Positions 11,215 to 25,168 of a stretch of DNA of 64,000 bases are shown piece after piece; the stretch's first letter is position 1, and every line of letters starts with the position of its first letter. Under the pieces are notes generated by a model that was not told the DNA's origin, searched no databases, and saw only the letters and a program-made list of their open reading frames with translations. The DNA is taken from contig OX597823.1 in NCBI GenBank assembly GCA_951406725.2, positions 73,780,001-73,844,000 on the forward strand. The letters are read 5' to 3'. A program made the translations under genes and the position numbers. This DNA comes from Octopus vulgaris (Eukaryota).

Positions 11215-12889
11215 TATATAACAGATAACTTAGTTCAGAGCTAGCTGCTATTCCTTTCATTCACGGGAGAAGGCCTTTGACAGGGTGATGATTAAGAAAA
11301 ATGTGAAGGTTAATGGTTTATGAAAGCCATGAAACCCATTTCTTTACTACCCACAAGGGGCTAAACACAGAGTAGATAAACAAGGACAGACAAACGGATT
11401 AAGTTGATTACATCGACCCCTGGTACTTATTTAATCGACCCCGAAAGGATGAAAGGCAAAGTTGACCTCGGCGGAATTTGAACTCACAACGTAACGGCAG
11501 ACGAAATACCGCTAAGCATTTCGCCCGGCGTCCTAACGTTTCTGCCAGCTGTCTGTGAGTTATGAGTTGATAATGAGTTAGGTGAGAAATTTAGCATACC
11601 AGTTTTGTGTCCATCAGGACTTGATTCTCAGCTCTCTCTTTTGTATATAAACATCTCTGGGTGATAACAGGAGTTACAGACTGGCTATGAAATCTCCTTT
11701 ATATTGACACTCATTTGGAGAGAACTCTCAAGCATGGATGCATGTGAATCTGACTCAACTTTGGAGAGAAATGGATGCAAAGCCTAAAAAATAAACCTAA
11801 TGAAGACAGCATTTTTAATGATTATTTGCATAATTATTCTCAATATGTCCTGGCAGGTTTGAATGCAAAGTATACTGGTTGCAGTTTTGCATGCACTACT
11901 GGGATACACAATCTGCAGAAAAGGAATTAGTATGAATTCCATATGATGACCCAGGTAGGCTGATCATCATCATGATCATCGTTTAGCGTCCGCTTTCCAT
12001 GCTCGCATGAATGGTGCTCTTTATGTGCCTGGCTTCAACCTCGACTGGCTTCCGTGTTGGTGGCACATGAAAAGCACCATCCGAATCGTGGCCGAAGCCA
12101 GTGCCGCCTCAACTGGCTTCCGTGCAGGTGGCACGTAAAATGCACCAACCCGACCGTGGCTGATGCCAGCCTCGCTTGGCTCCAGTGCAGGTGGCACATA
12201 AAATCACCCACTACACTCTCGGAGTGGTTGGCGTTAGGAAGGGCATCAAGCTGTAGAAACACTGCCAGATCCGACTGGCCTGGTGCAGCCTTCGGGCTCC
12301 CCAGACCCCAGTTGAACCGTCCAACCCATGCTAGCATGGAAAATGGACGCTAAACGATGATGATGATGATGATATATATATATATATATATATATATCTT
12401 GGCTAGCATGGGAGTGTGTATGGAGAACAATGAAGAGTAGCATCTGAAATGTCGTTGAAGATCGATCCTCAAGCTGTAGTTTCAGTACATATGTGTCATC
12501 ATTTAACATCCATCTTCCGTACTGGCATGGGTTGGTTGGTTCAACAGGATCTGATGAGTTGGAGGGCTGCATCATGCTCCAGTGTCTGCTATGGCACAGT
12601 ACCTCCGACTGGATACTATTCCTAATGCCGACCGCTTTACAGAGTAATACTGGGTGCATTTTTGAGGCACCTGCACCAGTGAGGTTACCATGTAACTTGC
12701 AAGATTTGCAAGTCCCTCAACTGAGTGAGAATATAGTGGAGAGGAAGGTGGCCTTATATTAGGTGTTGAGAGGTTAAAGTATGAAAGAAGAGACAAGAAT
12801 GGGTTTATCACAAGCAGAAAAATTGTTCAGAGGGCAATTTTTCGAGTAGAAGTATTATTTCTAAAATTACCACATGTACACCCATTTTA

Positions 12890-13448
12890 TTGGGTTGTCT
12901 GGAAAGTTCGTGCTGATTTTTAAAGGAAAGGAAAAGGTCAATAAATACTTGCCATTACATCTTTAATCAACCAAATATGAACCATTTTGTTGCACAATGC
13001 ATCTTCATCTTTCCTTTAACTTGAAAATACCCTCTCCCCAGAATTGAGGTGGTTTCATGGCAATTCATCAGGGTATCTTTTTATGTCATCCAAGGAATTG
13101 AAATTTTTACCATTAAGACTATTCTGTTGAGACCTGAATAAGTAGAAATCTGAAGGAGCAATATCTGGTGAATATGGAGGGTGGGATAACAAATCCCAGC
13201 CGAGCTGCAATTTTTGTCTGGTTCCCATAGCATCAAGTGCCGAAAATGAACTGCCTTATCTTCCATTTTAAAGGGTTACAGAATTAACACAGGTTATAGG
13301 AACATAAACCTTCTTCCATGAAAAGGTAGCTTAAACTGTGCTCTAAATGGAGGTGTAGTCAAATTCTATTTTATGAACTCAACCATGTTCTAAAATAAGT
13401 CGAAAGGTAAGCTACTATAAATCAACATGAACTTTCCGGACAACCCAA
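12890..13448 (-). mobile_element. Internally deleted mariner element
   Basis: TIRs TTGGGTTGTC(T/C)GGAAAGTTC with TA TSDs; minus strand has N-terminal MEDKAVHFRHLML and the mariner HPPYSPDIAPSDFYLF motif. Confidence 0.92.
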
Positions 13449-14321
13449 TACTTTTTGATTCATCTTCATGGAGGTGGGAGTAGTTGATTGAATCAACCTA
13501 GCCAAAATACCTGCAAAAGAGTGGATTCTGCTAAAACCACTCAAGGACCAGGTTAAACTGAGTGACAGTCTGCCATTCTATAAAAGATGAAGTTCATCCA
13601 ATGAATTTCTATACAATTTCCATCTACTCAGTTTCATGCACTGGGCTTCTGTTTACTTTTTGGTGCATTATGGTAGAAGTCACATGTCCAAGATGCTGTG
13701 AAATAGGATTAAACCAAAAACCATATGATTGTTTTCTATGTGGTATTTTAAAATTTCTGTATTGGATCCTGTGGGCTGTGTTTTCATCTATCTTTTTATC
13801 ATTTTACTTGTTTCAGTCATTAGACTACAGCCATTCTGGGGCTTTGCCTTGAAGAATTTTTAGTCATATGAATCTATCCCAGTACTTTTTAAAGCCTGGT
13901 ACTTATTCTGTTGATCTCTTTTGCTGAACTGCTAAGTTACAGGGATACAAACACACCAACACCAGTTAAGTGGTGGTGGGGGACAAATACACACACATGC
14001 ATACACATACATATGACTGGCTTCTTCTAGTTTCTATCTATCATATCTACTCACAAGCTTTTGGTCAGCCTGAAGCTATAGTAGAAGTCACTAATCCAAG
14101 GTGCCATGCAGTAGGACTGAGCCTGGAACCATGTGGTTGGGAAGCAAGCTTCTTGCCACACAGCCACACTTGTGAGGATCTGGCTGGACGACAGCTTGTG
14201 TTGGTTGGTCACATACCATATGGTCATGATGGATGATAAAGTATTAATATCTCACATGAACTGAAGAGAAGAGGTGAGTAGAGCCCATGTGGTGCAAAGG
14301 AGTGAAGAGAGAAGATTAATT

Positions 14322-15786
14322 TCACTTCACAGCAAAGGTGGGAGTGTAGATGGTCCTGCACAAAGATAGTCCGAACACAAGCTGATGTTGTAGCAAATGA
14401 CCGGTAGAGCGGAAATGGTGTGAGACCGGGGTGTCATTGTTGAGTCTGATGTCTTGGAAGTGCTTCGTGAACTGGTCAGCCAAGCAAAGTCCTTTTTCAC
14501 CGATGTACAGGGAAGGACAGAGAAAGCAGGAGATACAGTAAATGACATTACTAGAAGTGCAGGTAAAGGAGTTGGTGATGTGATAGGGACAATGATGGGT
14601 ACCTGTGAGGATAGTGGTGTTGGAGAGGTAGGGGCAAGTGTGACAGCATGGGTGGGAGCAGGGGAACATGCCAGGTTGAGAGGAGGTGGTTAGGTAAGAA
14701 ACTATGGACCAGGAGGTCACATAGGTTCTGGGCTCGTTTGAAGGCGAGAAGGGGTAGGTTGGAGAAGATATGTGAGGTGGAGTGGTGGTAGGTGAGGGAA
14801 GATGAGCAATAGTAGGATGGGTGCGAGGAGAAAGAGCAGAGACATGGTCCATAGGTTATACACTGGCTAGGGCAGTGTGGACAGTGGTGGACATGTAGGA
14901 TGAAATGGTAAGCCATGAGTTGAGACTGAGCCTCAAAGTCATGGTTGTCATTGCAGAGCCTGCACAGATGGAGAGCTTGGTGTGGGTAGGGTGGGAGGAG
15001 GAGAAGTTAATGTAGGAGTGTGAGTCAGTGTGGATGGAGTTAGTGAGAGCAGAGTGGTGTATTCTGACAGAAATGTCAAAAAATTGAGATAGTCTGGAGA
15101 ATTCGAGGGCAGGATGGAAGGATTGGACAAAAGAGAGGACGTAATCTAATTGTTTGTGGGAGAGTGAGGTCATGCTGATATAGTTATCAATATAACGACC
15201 ATATAGTTCGGGAGTGGGACCAGTGAATTGTGAGAATATTTGGGCCTCAACATAGCCAACGAACAGGTTCGCATAGTTGGGGCCCATTCTTGTTCCCATG
15301 ACCACTCCTGAGAACTATTGGTAAAAATCCCTCGTGAACAAGAAGCAGTTGAGAGAGAGAACAAGTTCGACCAGACGAAGTGTGGAGGTGTCAGGTTGAA
15401 GGTCCAGAAAGTGTTTCAGTGCAAGAAGTTCTTCATTGTTTGGGATCACCGTATATAAACTCTTGATATCAAGAGTGAATGGAAATTTAGAAAAGCCAGA
15501 AGGGAAGGAGAAAGAGTTAAAGAGACAGAGAGCATGGTTAGTGTTGTGGATGTGGGAGGAGAGGGAAGCCACTAGGGTGGGGGTGGGCAAGGATACAGTT
15601 GAGGTATTTAGAGATCATTTCCATGGGGTAGTTGCAGGCAGAAACAATGGGGTGGCCAGGATTGTTGGGCTTGTGAATTTTGGGAAGAAAGTAAATGGTG
15701 GGGGTGCGTGGAGTGCGGACATTGATGTTGCAGGCGGTGGGAGGGAAACAGGAGGAGGAAATGGGGTCATGAATAGTGGAGGACAT
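14322..15786 (-). mobile_element. Degenerate Penelope-like retroelement (Neptune type): RT + Zn-finger linker + GIY-YIG endonuclease
   Basis: IYFLPKIHK, TLDIKSLYT, MGTRMGPNYANLFV, YGRYIDN (RT); PCSHPCCHTC linker; NVIYCISC..C.SLYIGE (GIY-YIG); multiple frameshifts, 5' truncated. Confidence 0.92.
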
Positions 15787-16152
15787 AATATGCTGAGACC
15801 CTCTTCGGTCATGACTGACCGTGGGATTGCACCTAGAGAGTTACCCTCCCAGGCACAAGTCCGGGCAAGGTTGTTTTTATGGAAGACCAGCAGTTGCCCA
15901 TGCATACCAGCCTCCCCTCTCCACACCACTGATGTTATCCAAGAGAAAGGCAAAGGCCGATACAGCTTGGCACCTGTGACGTTGCAACTCATTTCTACAG
16001 CTGATTGAACTGGAGCAATGTGAAAGAACACAACACGCAGCCTGGTCCAGGATTCGAACTCACAACCTCACAATTGTAAGCTTGACGCTCTAACCACTGA
16101 GCCATGTCCCTTCACCGGACATAATATATATATATATATATGTGTTTGTATA

Positions 16153-17964
16153 CAGTAATCACTTGCCATATCACAGTTCCCCTAAAGAACCCTCAGTACA
16201 TCACAGATTTTTCTAGCTAAAATATGTAAGTTAATATCACAGGTTTCTGCAGCGGATAGGTATTTATATTTTTTTAGATTTTAATTATTTCTGTGGCAAA
16301 ATAAGTATTTTCACGCCTAAAAATGAGTAAATTAATAAATAAAAATGCATTACAGTACTGCACTGTATAACACATTAATTAAAATATATTAAATGAAAAT
16401 ATGTAGTGTACTATAGATTAGTAAACAAAGAATTGCTCATACAGTAACTCAGGAAGTGAGTGAGTGGTGTTTTGCATTTGTGTGTAAAATTGCAAATTTA
16501 TTTCAAGCCCTATGGTGTCACCCAAATGTTCTGCACCTTCTAAGGCTTCTGACAGTGAACCCAAGTGCCAGAGGAAGATACTTACTCTAGCAGAGAAGGT
16601 GAGACTCCTCGACATGCTTAATGAATGGAGAAGGTATGCAGCCTATCACTAGAACACCTGTCATCTCTAGTAAAAATGGCAAAAGAACTTCAGAGAATGG
16701 CAGAAGATTGGGACACCTGGGTGACTTGTGCATTGCAGTTCAGAAATGCAATCGACAGAGCTATTGAAGTTTATAAAAAGGCAGCACCAGCAACTACCCA
16801 CCACTATGTTCCTCATCTGCAAAAAAGGAGAAGACACTCCTAAGTTCTGGTATCAAACTCCTTCATCACTCATGGCTAACAGGAGGTGATGCTTGTGATA
16901 GTGGGGCACTTTACTCACTCTAATATCTCTCCCAAAATCAAAATCACATTCGATGACTGGCATCCGTACTAGTGGGGTGCAAAGAGCACCACACGAGCGT
17001 GATAATTGACAGAGTGGCTAACCGGCTTCCATGCAAGTGGCACTTAAAAGGCACCATTCGAGTGTGATTATTACCTGTGTCGCCTTACTGGCACTTGTGC
17101 CCGTGCTAGTAGGGTGCCAAGAGCACCATTTGAGCGTGATCGTTACCAACGTTGCCTTACTGGCACCTGTGCTGGTGGCACCTGTAAAAAGATTTGAGCA
17201 AAGTCGTTGCCAGTACCGCCTGACTGGTCCCAGTGCCAGTGGCACATAAAAAGCACCCACTACACTCTCAGAGTGGTTGGTGTTAGGAAGGGCATCCAGC
17301 TGTAGAAACTCTGCCAAATCTAGATTGGAGCCTGGTGCAGCCATCTGGTTCGCCAGCCCTCAGTCAAAATCGTCCAACCCATGCTAGCATGGAAAGCGGA
17401 TGTTAAACGATGATGTATTTATCTAAAATATATGGCTGAAGTAACTGTCTTCTTGTATGTAGATGAGATCAACTCATTGGATTAACATAACAGCAGAATG
17501 ATAATGTGCTATAGATTATGAATGAAACAAGACAAGAACAAACCATTTCCAGTAAATACAGCGCAAAAAAAGAGAAGACACTCCTGGGCAGAGTTTATAA
17601 AAGCTTGAATCATCACCATCATCATTTAACGTCCGTTTTTCATGCTAGCATTGGTTGGACGGTTCGACTGGGGTTTGGGAAGCCAGGAGGCTGCACCAGG
17701 CCCAGTCTGATCTGGCAGTGTTTCTATAGCTGGATGCCCTTCTTAATGCCAATCACTCCGTGAGTACAGTGGGTGCTTTTTACATACCACCAACACAGGG
17801 GCCAGAGGAGGCTGGCAACGACCATGATGGGTTGGTACTTTTTAAGTGCCACTGGCAAGGACATAAAAATAATTAAAAAAAATATGCAGTACTGTTTCTA
17901 CTTTGCAAATTTTCACTTATTGCAGGGGTGTTTGGGAACGTAACACCTCCGATAGTTAAGGAAT

Positions 17965-17969
<5 letters not shown>
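16153..17969 (+). mobile_element. Degenerate Tigger-like element with nested RTE 3' ends
   Basis: TA-CAGTAATC...GAATTTCTG-TA imperfect TIRs; CENP-B-type N-terminus PKCQRKILTLAEKVRLLDML (~16560-16620) joined to a C-terminal remnant, DDE core missing. Confidence 0.7.
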
Positions 17970-18003
<34 letters not shown>

Positions 18004-18988
18004 GCCTTCAGTTTCTGTCTATCACATCCACTCGTGAGGTTTTGGTTGGCTCGGGCTGTTGTAAAAAAAAACCACCTTCCCAAGGTGATGCTGTGCAGTG
18101 GAACTGAATCCAAAACTACATGATTGGAGAAATCAAGGTTCTTAACCACACAGCTAATTGTGTACCAACAAACCATTTTAAAGTTGTCGATTCACTTGAG
18201 CAAAAAAATCAAGAATTAACAATAAATAAGTATATTTATCAGACAGACAAATAGGATTTTGTGGATTTTATTAAGTTGTACTAACAGGTATCAAACCGTT
18301 TGTTGTTTTGTTTGTGATCAAAAGTACATTTCACTGTTTTGTTTTGCTTGTCTTATTAGCTCAGGCTAACTTGTGTGTAAAAATTTTCTTGAAGTGTATG
18401 TATGCTGTAATGTGAAAAGTATTGGTTGTGTGTACTGGAAATGGTTTGTTCTTGTCTTGTTTCATTTATCTCTTATATAAAATCCATTCTGTCTGTCTGT
18501 GTGTGTGTGTCTTCTCGGTTCTCGGGCATCCTCCATCCGATTGCGCTCAAATTTGATATGTAGATACCGATGGTATCAGGGCGTGTATAAGTCTTGAAAA
18601 AATTACAAAAATCGATTCCAGGTGAGAATGCGATCGATAAAGCCGTTTTTGTCCTGCTTTTCTTCCATCAACCTCTACATAACTGCGCCTTCCAATTTTT
18701 GTTGTTTTTGTACTGTTTAAAGGCACGTTTCTTTCCTGCCAAGCTTACTGTTTAAACCGTGTTTGTGTTCTCCCAGTCAACAGCCTTATCATTACTGGGG
18801 TCGATATAATCGACTCAATCATTTTGTCTGTCCTTGTTTAGCCCCTTGTGGGGCAATAAAGAAATAAGAAGGGCAAGCATGAGTGTCTTGCTATAGAGGA
18901 GATACATAGATATAAAGCTATCCTGCTAACAACATTGATATCACATCTTGGAAACAAATTTGTTTGATTCCTTTTGTTATTCAAGAAC

Positions 18989-19614
18989 AAGCTGCGAGCT
19001 GGCAGAATCGTTAGCATGCTGGGCGAAATGATTAGTGGTATTTTGTCTGCTGCTACATTCTGAGTTCAAATTCTGCTGAAGTCCACTCTGTCTTTCATCC
19101 TTTTGGGTCGATAAATTAAGTACCTATTTCTTTATTACCCACAAGGGGCTACACACAGAGGGGACAAACAAGGACAAACGGATTAAATTGATTACATTGA
19201 CCCCAGTGCGTAACTGGTTCTTAATTTATCGACCCCGAAAGGATGAAAGGCAAAGTCAACCTCGGCGGGATTTGAACTCCCAACGTAACGCAGAGGAAAT
19301 ACCGCTAAGCATTTCACCCGGCGTGCTAACGTTTCTGCCAGCTTGTATCAGTTACGCACTGGGGTCGATATAATCGACTTAAATCCGTTTGTCTGCCCTT
19401 GTTTGTCCTCTCTGTGTTTAGCCCCTTGTGGGTAGTAAAGAAATAGGTATTTCGCCTGCTGCTACATTCTGAGTTCAAATTCCGCTGAAGTCCACTTTGC
19501 CTTTCATCCTTTTTGGTTGATATATTAAGTGCTACTTGAGTATTGGGGTTGATGTGATTGACTGCCCCCCTCCCCACAAAATCCAGACCTTGTGCCTATA
19601 GTAGAAAAGATTAT
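18989..19614. mobile_element. Nested SINE family 1 cluster (minus copy inside an internally duplicated plus copy)
   Basis: Plus copy broken at AAGTAC (~19123) by a minus copy (~19124-19343), resumes at CAGTTACGCAC, then repeats from GTATTTCG at ~19447. Confidence 0.8.
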
Positions 19615-20631
19615 TCAAGAACTATGTTGATTGATATTCGGCTACGTTGGTTCCTACATCAGTTGTTTTATTACAATCTGTCTTAATAGTCTTTCAAAGT
19701 TTGAGGGGCTGATTCTGTCTTTTGCTCACAAGCAGTATTATGCTATGGCTTATTTCATCTGTATGAGTTAATTATACTCTATTCACTCTGAATTAATTCC
19801 TGATTGAGATATCAGTCTAACCTGGAGTGGTTCATAATTTCTTCTATGTCAACACCAAATTAGAGCTGCGGTTAGTTTCATAAGCCATTGTTATTAATTA
19901 TTGTATTTGTCTGCCCATTGAATTGAATGAACTAAGACATTTTCCTCCTGAGCGAGAGATTGTCTGTTAACTCAAAGCATGTGACACGAATGTGCATTAA
20001 TAGAACCTTTATTTTAAGCTCATTTTAACATATATACTTACTTTACTTACACTTGTTTCAATCATGTGACTGTGGCCATGCTGGAGCACCGCCTTTAGTC
20101 GAGCAAATCAACCCCAGAGCTTATTCTTTGTAAGCCTAGTACTTATTCTATCGGTCTCTTTTGCTGAACCACTAAGTTACAGACGTAAACACACCACCAT
20201 CAGTTGTCAAGCAATGTTGGAGGGGGGGGGGAGAAACACAGGCACACAAACATATACACACACACATACATATATATATATATACATATATGCGACAGGC
20301 TTCTTTCAGTTTCCATCTACTAAATCCACTCACAAGGCTTTGGTCGGCCCGCGGCTAGTAGAAGACACTTGCCCAAGATGCCATGCAGTGGGACTGAACC
20401 CAGAGCCATGTGGTTGGTAAGCAAGCTACTTACCACACAGCCACTCCTATGCCTATGTGACTATTCTTTCTGCAATTCCATTTGATTTTGGAAGTAATTT
20501 CATTGGTTTACATTCAATCTTACCAAGTTGGTATACAAGTCATGGCAAAATTCACAGGAATTGTCAGACACTGATATTTCTGGAGTGCTCTTTCTGGCAA
20601 ACAAAGTTCTTAATATCTGCCTAACTGTTTC

Positions 20632-21325
20632 ATCATCATCATCATCATCATTTAATGTCTGTTGTCCATGTTGGGATAGGGTGGATGGTTGGACCAGGGC
20701 TGGCAAGCTGGGCAGCTGCACCATACTCCAGTCTGTTTTGGCATGGTTTCTATGGCTGGATGCCCTTCCTAATGCCAGCCATTTTAAAGAATGTGGGTGC
20801 TTTTACTCCATGGCACCACCCAGGTGCATTTACGTGACATCGCTTGGGTGCTTTTATGTGGCACTGCACAGGTGCTTTTACATGGCACCACCACGAGATT
20901 TATATCACCCGCAGGATTGGTCTTAGCACTTCAGCTGTATGGTACGGGTCTTCTTGAGTATGGCCAGGCACCAGGTATCTCAGTCCTTTGCCATCTTGCC
21001 TGAAAGGTTCAGCTTCCTGAGGTCACTCTTCAGCACTTCATCCCATGTCTTCCTGGATCTCCCACTTCCACCTGTTCCATCCACCTTGAGAGACTAGCAC
21101 TTCTTTATGGAGCTGTCAGCGTCCATCCACATCGCATGACCAAACCAGCACAGTCTTCTCTCTTGCAGACAGCAACCATTTCCTCTTATACCTCACATCT
21201 CTCTCAGAACACTGGCACTCTGTCAAACATGTACACTTACATTACACAACCAGCGGAGGATACGAGTCACATTCCTTTCTAACCTTTGCATGTCCTCTGT
21301 ATTCTGGGCCCACATCTCACTACCA
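20632..21325 (-). mobile_element. 5'-truncated RTE-clade LINE
   Basis: Decayed ORF C-terminus (RRLCWFGH-like) plus 3' UTR and (GAT)n tail homologous to 32401-33165. Confidence 0.8.
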
Positions 21326-22362
21326 GTTGCCCTGGAATATACCTGTTGATAGCTTAACTTTGTTTGTAACAAAAGGTTTTGTATTAATAGTTGTCAGTTA
21401 TAACTGTGTGGACCATGTGGTCAGTCTTTCAATGGCATTCACTATATCAACTGTTACTTTGGCCAGGTGTAGTAACTCTTTCATGCTAGGTATGTCGCAG
21501 TGTAATTATCATCGCCATTTCTTCATCACTGTTTAACGTCTACCCTCCTTGCTAGCCTGCACCAGACTTCTGTGACTGTTTTAGCAGGATTTTTACAGCC
21601 GGTGTTAGAACAGGCATCCAGGTGTAAAAATCCTGCCAAAACAGTCACAGAAATCTGGTGCAGGTTTCTGCCTGGCCATCTCTTGTGAAACTGTCCCACC
21701 TATGCTAGTATGAATGGTGGACATTAAACGGTGACGATTACACTCTGACACATCTAGCATCGTCTCATGGTACACCAATGGGATACACTCACAAGCGTAC
21801 TGGTTGCGGTGCACTGGTCTAGAATAGTGCTCCACAACCTTTCTGCAATTGCAGTACACTTATAAAGGTTACCACTATAGACGCAAATCTCTTTCCTGTT
21901 GTAAAGAATGCTATGCTGTCTCCTATATGTCTTTCCCAAATTTCTTCTATTTCTTCCTGTGGCACGTGTTCAATTCTTCTGCTTTTATTCGAAAATGTTC
22001 TGAATATGACCGTCTTCTTTTCCATTTTCACTTTTTCCTCCTCTGGCAGGGTCATTTTTTATATTTGACTCTTCCTTCTCTACCATACTTACTATATTTC
22101 TTTATCAGTTCTCCATTCCACTGTAACATCTGTTTCAGCACACTTGGGTCTAGGGGAACTCAGCCTCCAATAGCTTCTGCATAACTTCTCATTTTTCTCA
22201 ATTATTCACTACCACCCAACAATGGTGGTTTCACATAAAAAAATTCGGCTAGAGTTCTTCAAAAAATCAACAACAAAAAGTGGCTTGGTAGCTGTCGATG
22301 CCTATCTACCTTTGAAAACATATATATTTCAAGTGAAATACATTCATTGATTTTTAAAAATA

Positions 22363-22720
22363 GAAATAATACATTTCTATATCTCTCAGAGAGATTTATG
22401 CAGTAGCAGCATGATAAAGTGCTAGTATGTTGTCAACTTAATGTGACATACAGTCTGATGATGAGCAATGAGTCTGAAACTAGTCTCTGAATGCTGGCTT
22501 TGCTGGGTGGAGGTGCTTGTCTTCACTTTGAAAATATAAGGACACAAGAAATGTGTCAAGTTTAACAGGAAATGATGTTTTCTAGGGCTAAATAACAGTA
22601 GTATTCTTCCCAATAAGTATTCTTCCCTTTCATGGGACTGTCACATTAAGTTGACAACATACTATCACTTTATTGTGCTGCTTCTTTATCATGCTGAGAG
22701 ATTTAGGAACGTATTATTTC
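22363..22720. mobile_element. MITE with long bipartite TIRs and TA flanks
   Basis: GAAATAATAC...GTATTATTTC termini flanked by TA; inner 44-bp inverted repeat ~22405-22448 vs ~22639-22682 with 3 mismatches. Confidence 0.75.
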
Positions 22721-23305
22721 TATAGGGTTGATTTGTTTAACTAAAACCCTTCAAGTCGGTACCCCAGTATAGCTGCAGTACAGTGACTGAAACAAGTAAT
22801 TGATAATAGATAATAGAAGGTTTGATAGGTACATGTTAAAATATTAGTCAAACAGTAATACAAAGACTAGGATTCCTCTTTTGAGTCAAGAACTACTTTA
22901 GTCTTGATCAGTTGGTAAATCTCTGCAAAGTTCATGTAAGACCGATATTGAAGTACTGCTCACAAAATCTGTAGGCTAATATCATTGCTGTACACACTGA
23001 CACCTGGGCTCGAATCCAAAAGAAATCCGTCTGGCTGAGCAGCGAGAATTCTTACTGCATATTGCCTACAGTCAAACCCACTAATCTTACCTATCTTTCC
23101 TCTATCACCTTTACTGTATCTCACTGCTGACACTCTGCACTGGTCACTTTAGTTAGTCCCTCAATTCTTCTTTTTGAGATTGCAGCCCTCTGAAATTTCA
23201 TTCTGTACATCATTATCTATTGTGTTGTTCTTTTTTTAAGACAGTAAAATGTGATTTGAGGGATATTTGGCTGTTGTTTTTAGCAGGTTGAATGATTATA
23301 TAGAG

Positions 23306-23542
23306 CAGTGGTTCTTCAACTATTTTTGCTTATGGACCTCTTTGATTCTTATTTTACTCCTATTGGGCTTCCATAGCCATTTGATGTACATAGGAAGACA
23401 AAATCCTACTTTTTTTTATAATGAAATACTATTAGGAATTATATTAAAAAAAAGTATTTTATGTATTGTAGAAGTACTATCAATTTATAGCCCATAAATT
23501 TTAACAATAAAATCTTACATGGACCCTGGTTGAGAACCACTA
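23306..23542. mobile_element. hAT (Charlie-like) MITE
   Basis: CAGTGGTTCTTCAAC...GTTGAGAACCACTA termini; 8-bp flanks ATATAGAG/ATGTGGAG (6/8). Confidence 0.7.
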
Positions 23543-24759
23543 ATGTGGAGGCTCATGGATGGGTGGAGTTCTTATGGCATGGACTCATGTGAAAGAAGTT
23601 TTGATTGTTCTCTTGGCAAACTGACTTAGCCATAAAGAGTATAGAACAAAAGTATGTGTCTTTTAATGTTGAGGTAACATAAAATATTGCCAGATGTTAT
23701 ATTGTTGATAAAAATAGACAAATGCTTTTTAGAGTTTTCCAAAATATTTAATGGTAGATCTCATGACTCAGAATCATATTAGAATTTTTTTTCTTTTTTT
23801 TTTGCAATTTGATTCAAAAATTTGTTTTTCTTCAATTTGGAAGTTTTTTTAAATACAAAAGTAATCTTGAATGCATTTTTAAAATAACACAAAAATACAC
23901 CAGTAAAATATTGAAGATGGCCTAGCTTCTTAGAATGCGAAAAAGGAATTAAATATATTCCTTTTTTGCATTGTAAGAAGCTCTCCGTTTTCACTATTTT
24001 GCTATTTTTACTTTTTTTTTTATCTCAATGCTTCAAGCAAGCTCTAATGCTCTTCCAACACAAATATATATTGTATTCCTACGTCATGTAAACAGCTACT
24101 CTACTTTGCTAGAATTAATAGACTATTTTTAGTTGTGTAGAAACTGGCAGACAACATGGGAACCTATACACATCACATGTCCTGCATAAAATAGGAGCCA
24201 AAAGTCCTTCAATAATACACTGTCTTATTACAGGAAGAACACATTAGATAATCTTTTCTACTCTAGAGAAAAGGCCTGAAATTTTGGTGGGAGGGAGTCA
24301 GTCGATTAGATTGACCTCCAGTCTGCAACTGGTACTTAATTTATCGACCCCGAAAGGATGAAAGGCAAAGTCAACCTTGGTGGAATTTGAACTCAGAACA
24401 TAAAGACAGATGAAATGCCACTTAGCATTTCATCCAGCGTGCTAATGTTTCTGCCAGCTCGCCGCCTTTGGATAATGTGACCCTTATGTACTTTGTTCTA
24501 GAAAAAGATGTGATGGTCAAGATTGGAATGCCTTTAATCATTAAATCTCTTTGATTGAGGCCTAGCTTGCATTAATCCTTTAGCATTGAAACTGGCCGTA
24601 TCCAGCCAAACTATTGTACTTGTTTTATATTCAAACTGGTCAGATCTGGCCTCTCACACTCACCATACAATGTCCTTGTAAAAATAAACAATCACATCAT
24701 TGAAATCTTGAAGCTACAATATCATGCATGATTATTCCATCAAATGTATAGCTTATTTA

Positions 24760-25153
24760 CTCTCTCTCTCTCTTTTACTCTTTCACTTGTTTCAGTCATT
24801 TGACTGTGGCCATGCTGGAGCACCACCTTTAGTCGAACAAATCGACCCCAGGACTTATTGTTTGTAAGCCTAGTACTTATTCTATCGGTCTCATTTGCCG
24901 AACCACTAAGTTATGGGGACGTAAACATACCAGCATCGGTTGTCAAGTGATGTTGGTGGGGACAAACACAGACATACAAACACACACACGATGGGCTTCA
25001 TCAGTTTCTATCTACCAAATCTACTCACAAGGCTTTGGTCGGTCCAAGGCTATAGTAGAAGACACTTGCCCAAGGTGCCATGCAGTGGGACTGAACATGG
25101 AACTATGTGGTTCGTAAGCAAGATACTTATCACACAGCCATTCCTACGCCTAT
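24760..25153 (-). mobile_element. Full-length SINE family 2 copy (3' part of tRNA-SINE chimera)
   Basis: Begins ATAGGCGTAGG like copies ending near 20455 and 26635; ends in GAGTAAAAGAGAGAG tail; TSD TAGCTTATTTA at 24749-24759 and 25250-25260. Confidence 0.9.
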
Positions 25154-25168
25154 AAAAAAAGTCATTTG

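Noticed and set aside
15436-16008. Longest ORF (190 aa, + strand)
   Set aside because: Antisense shadow of the Penelope RT plus a SINE
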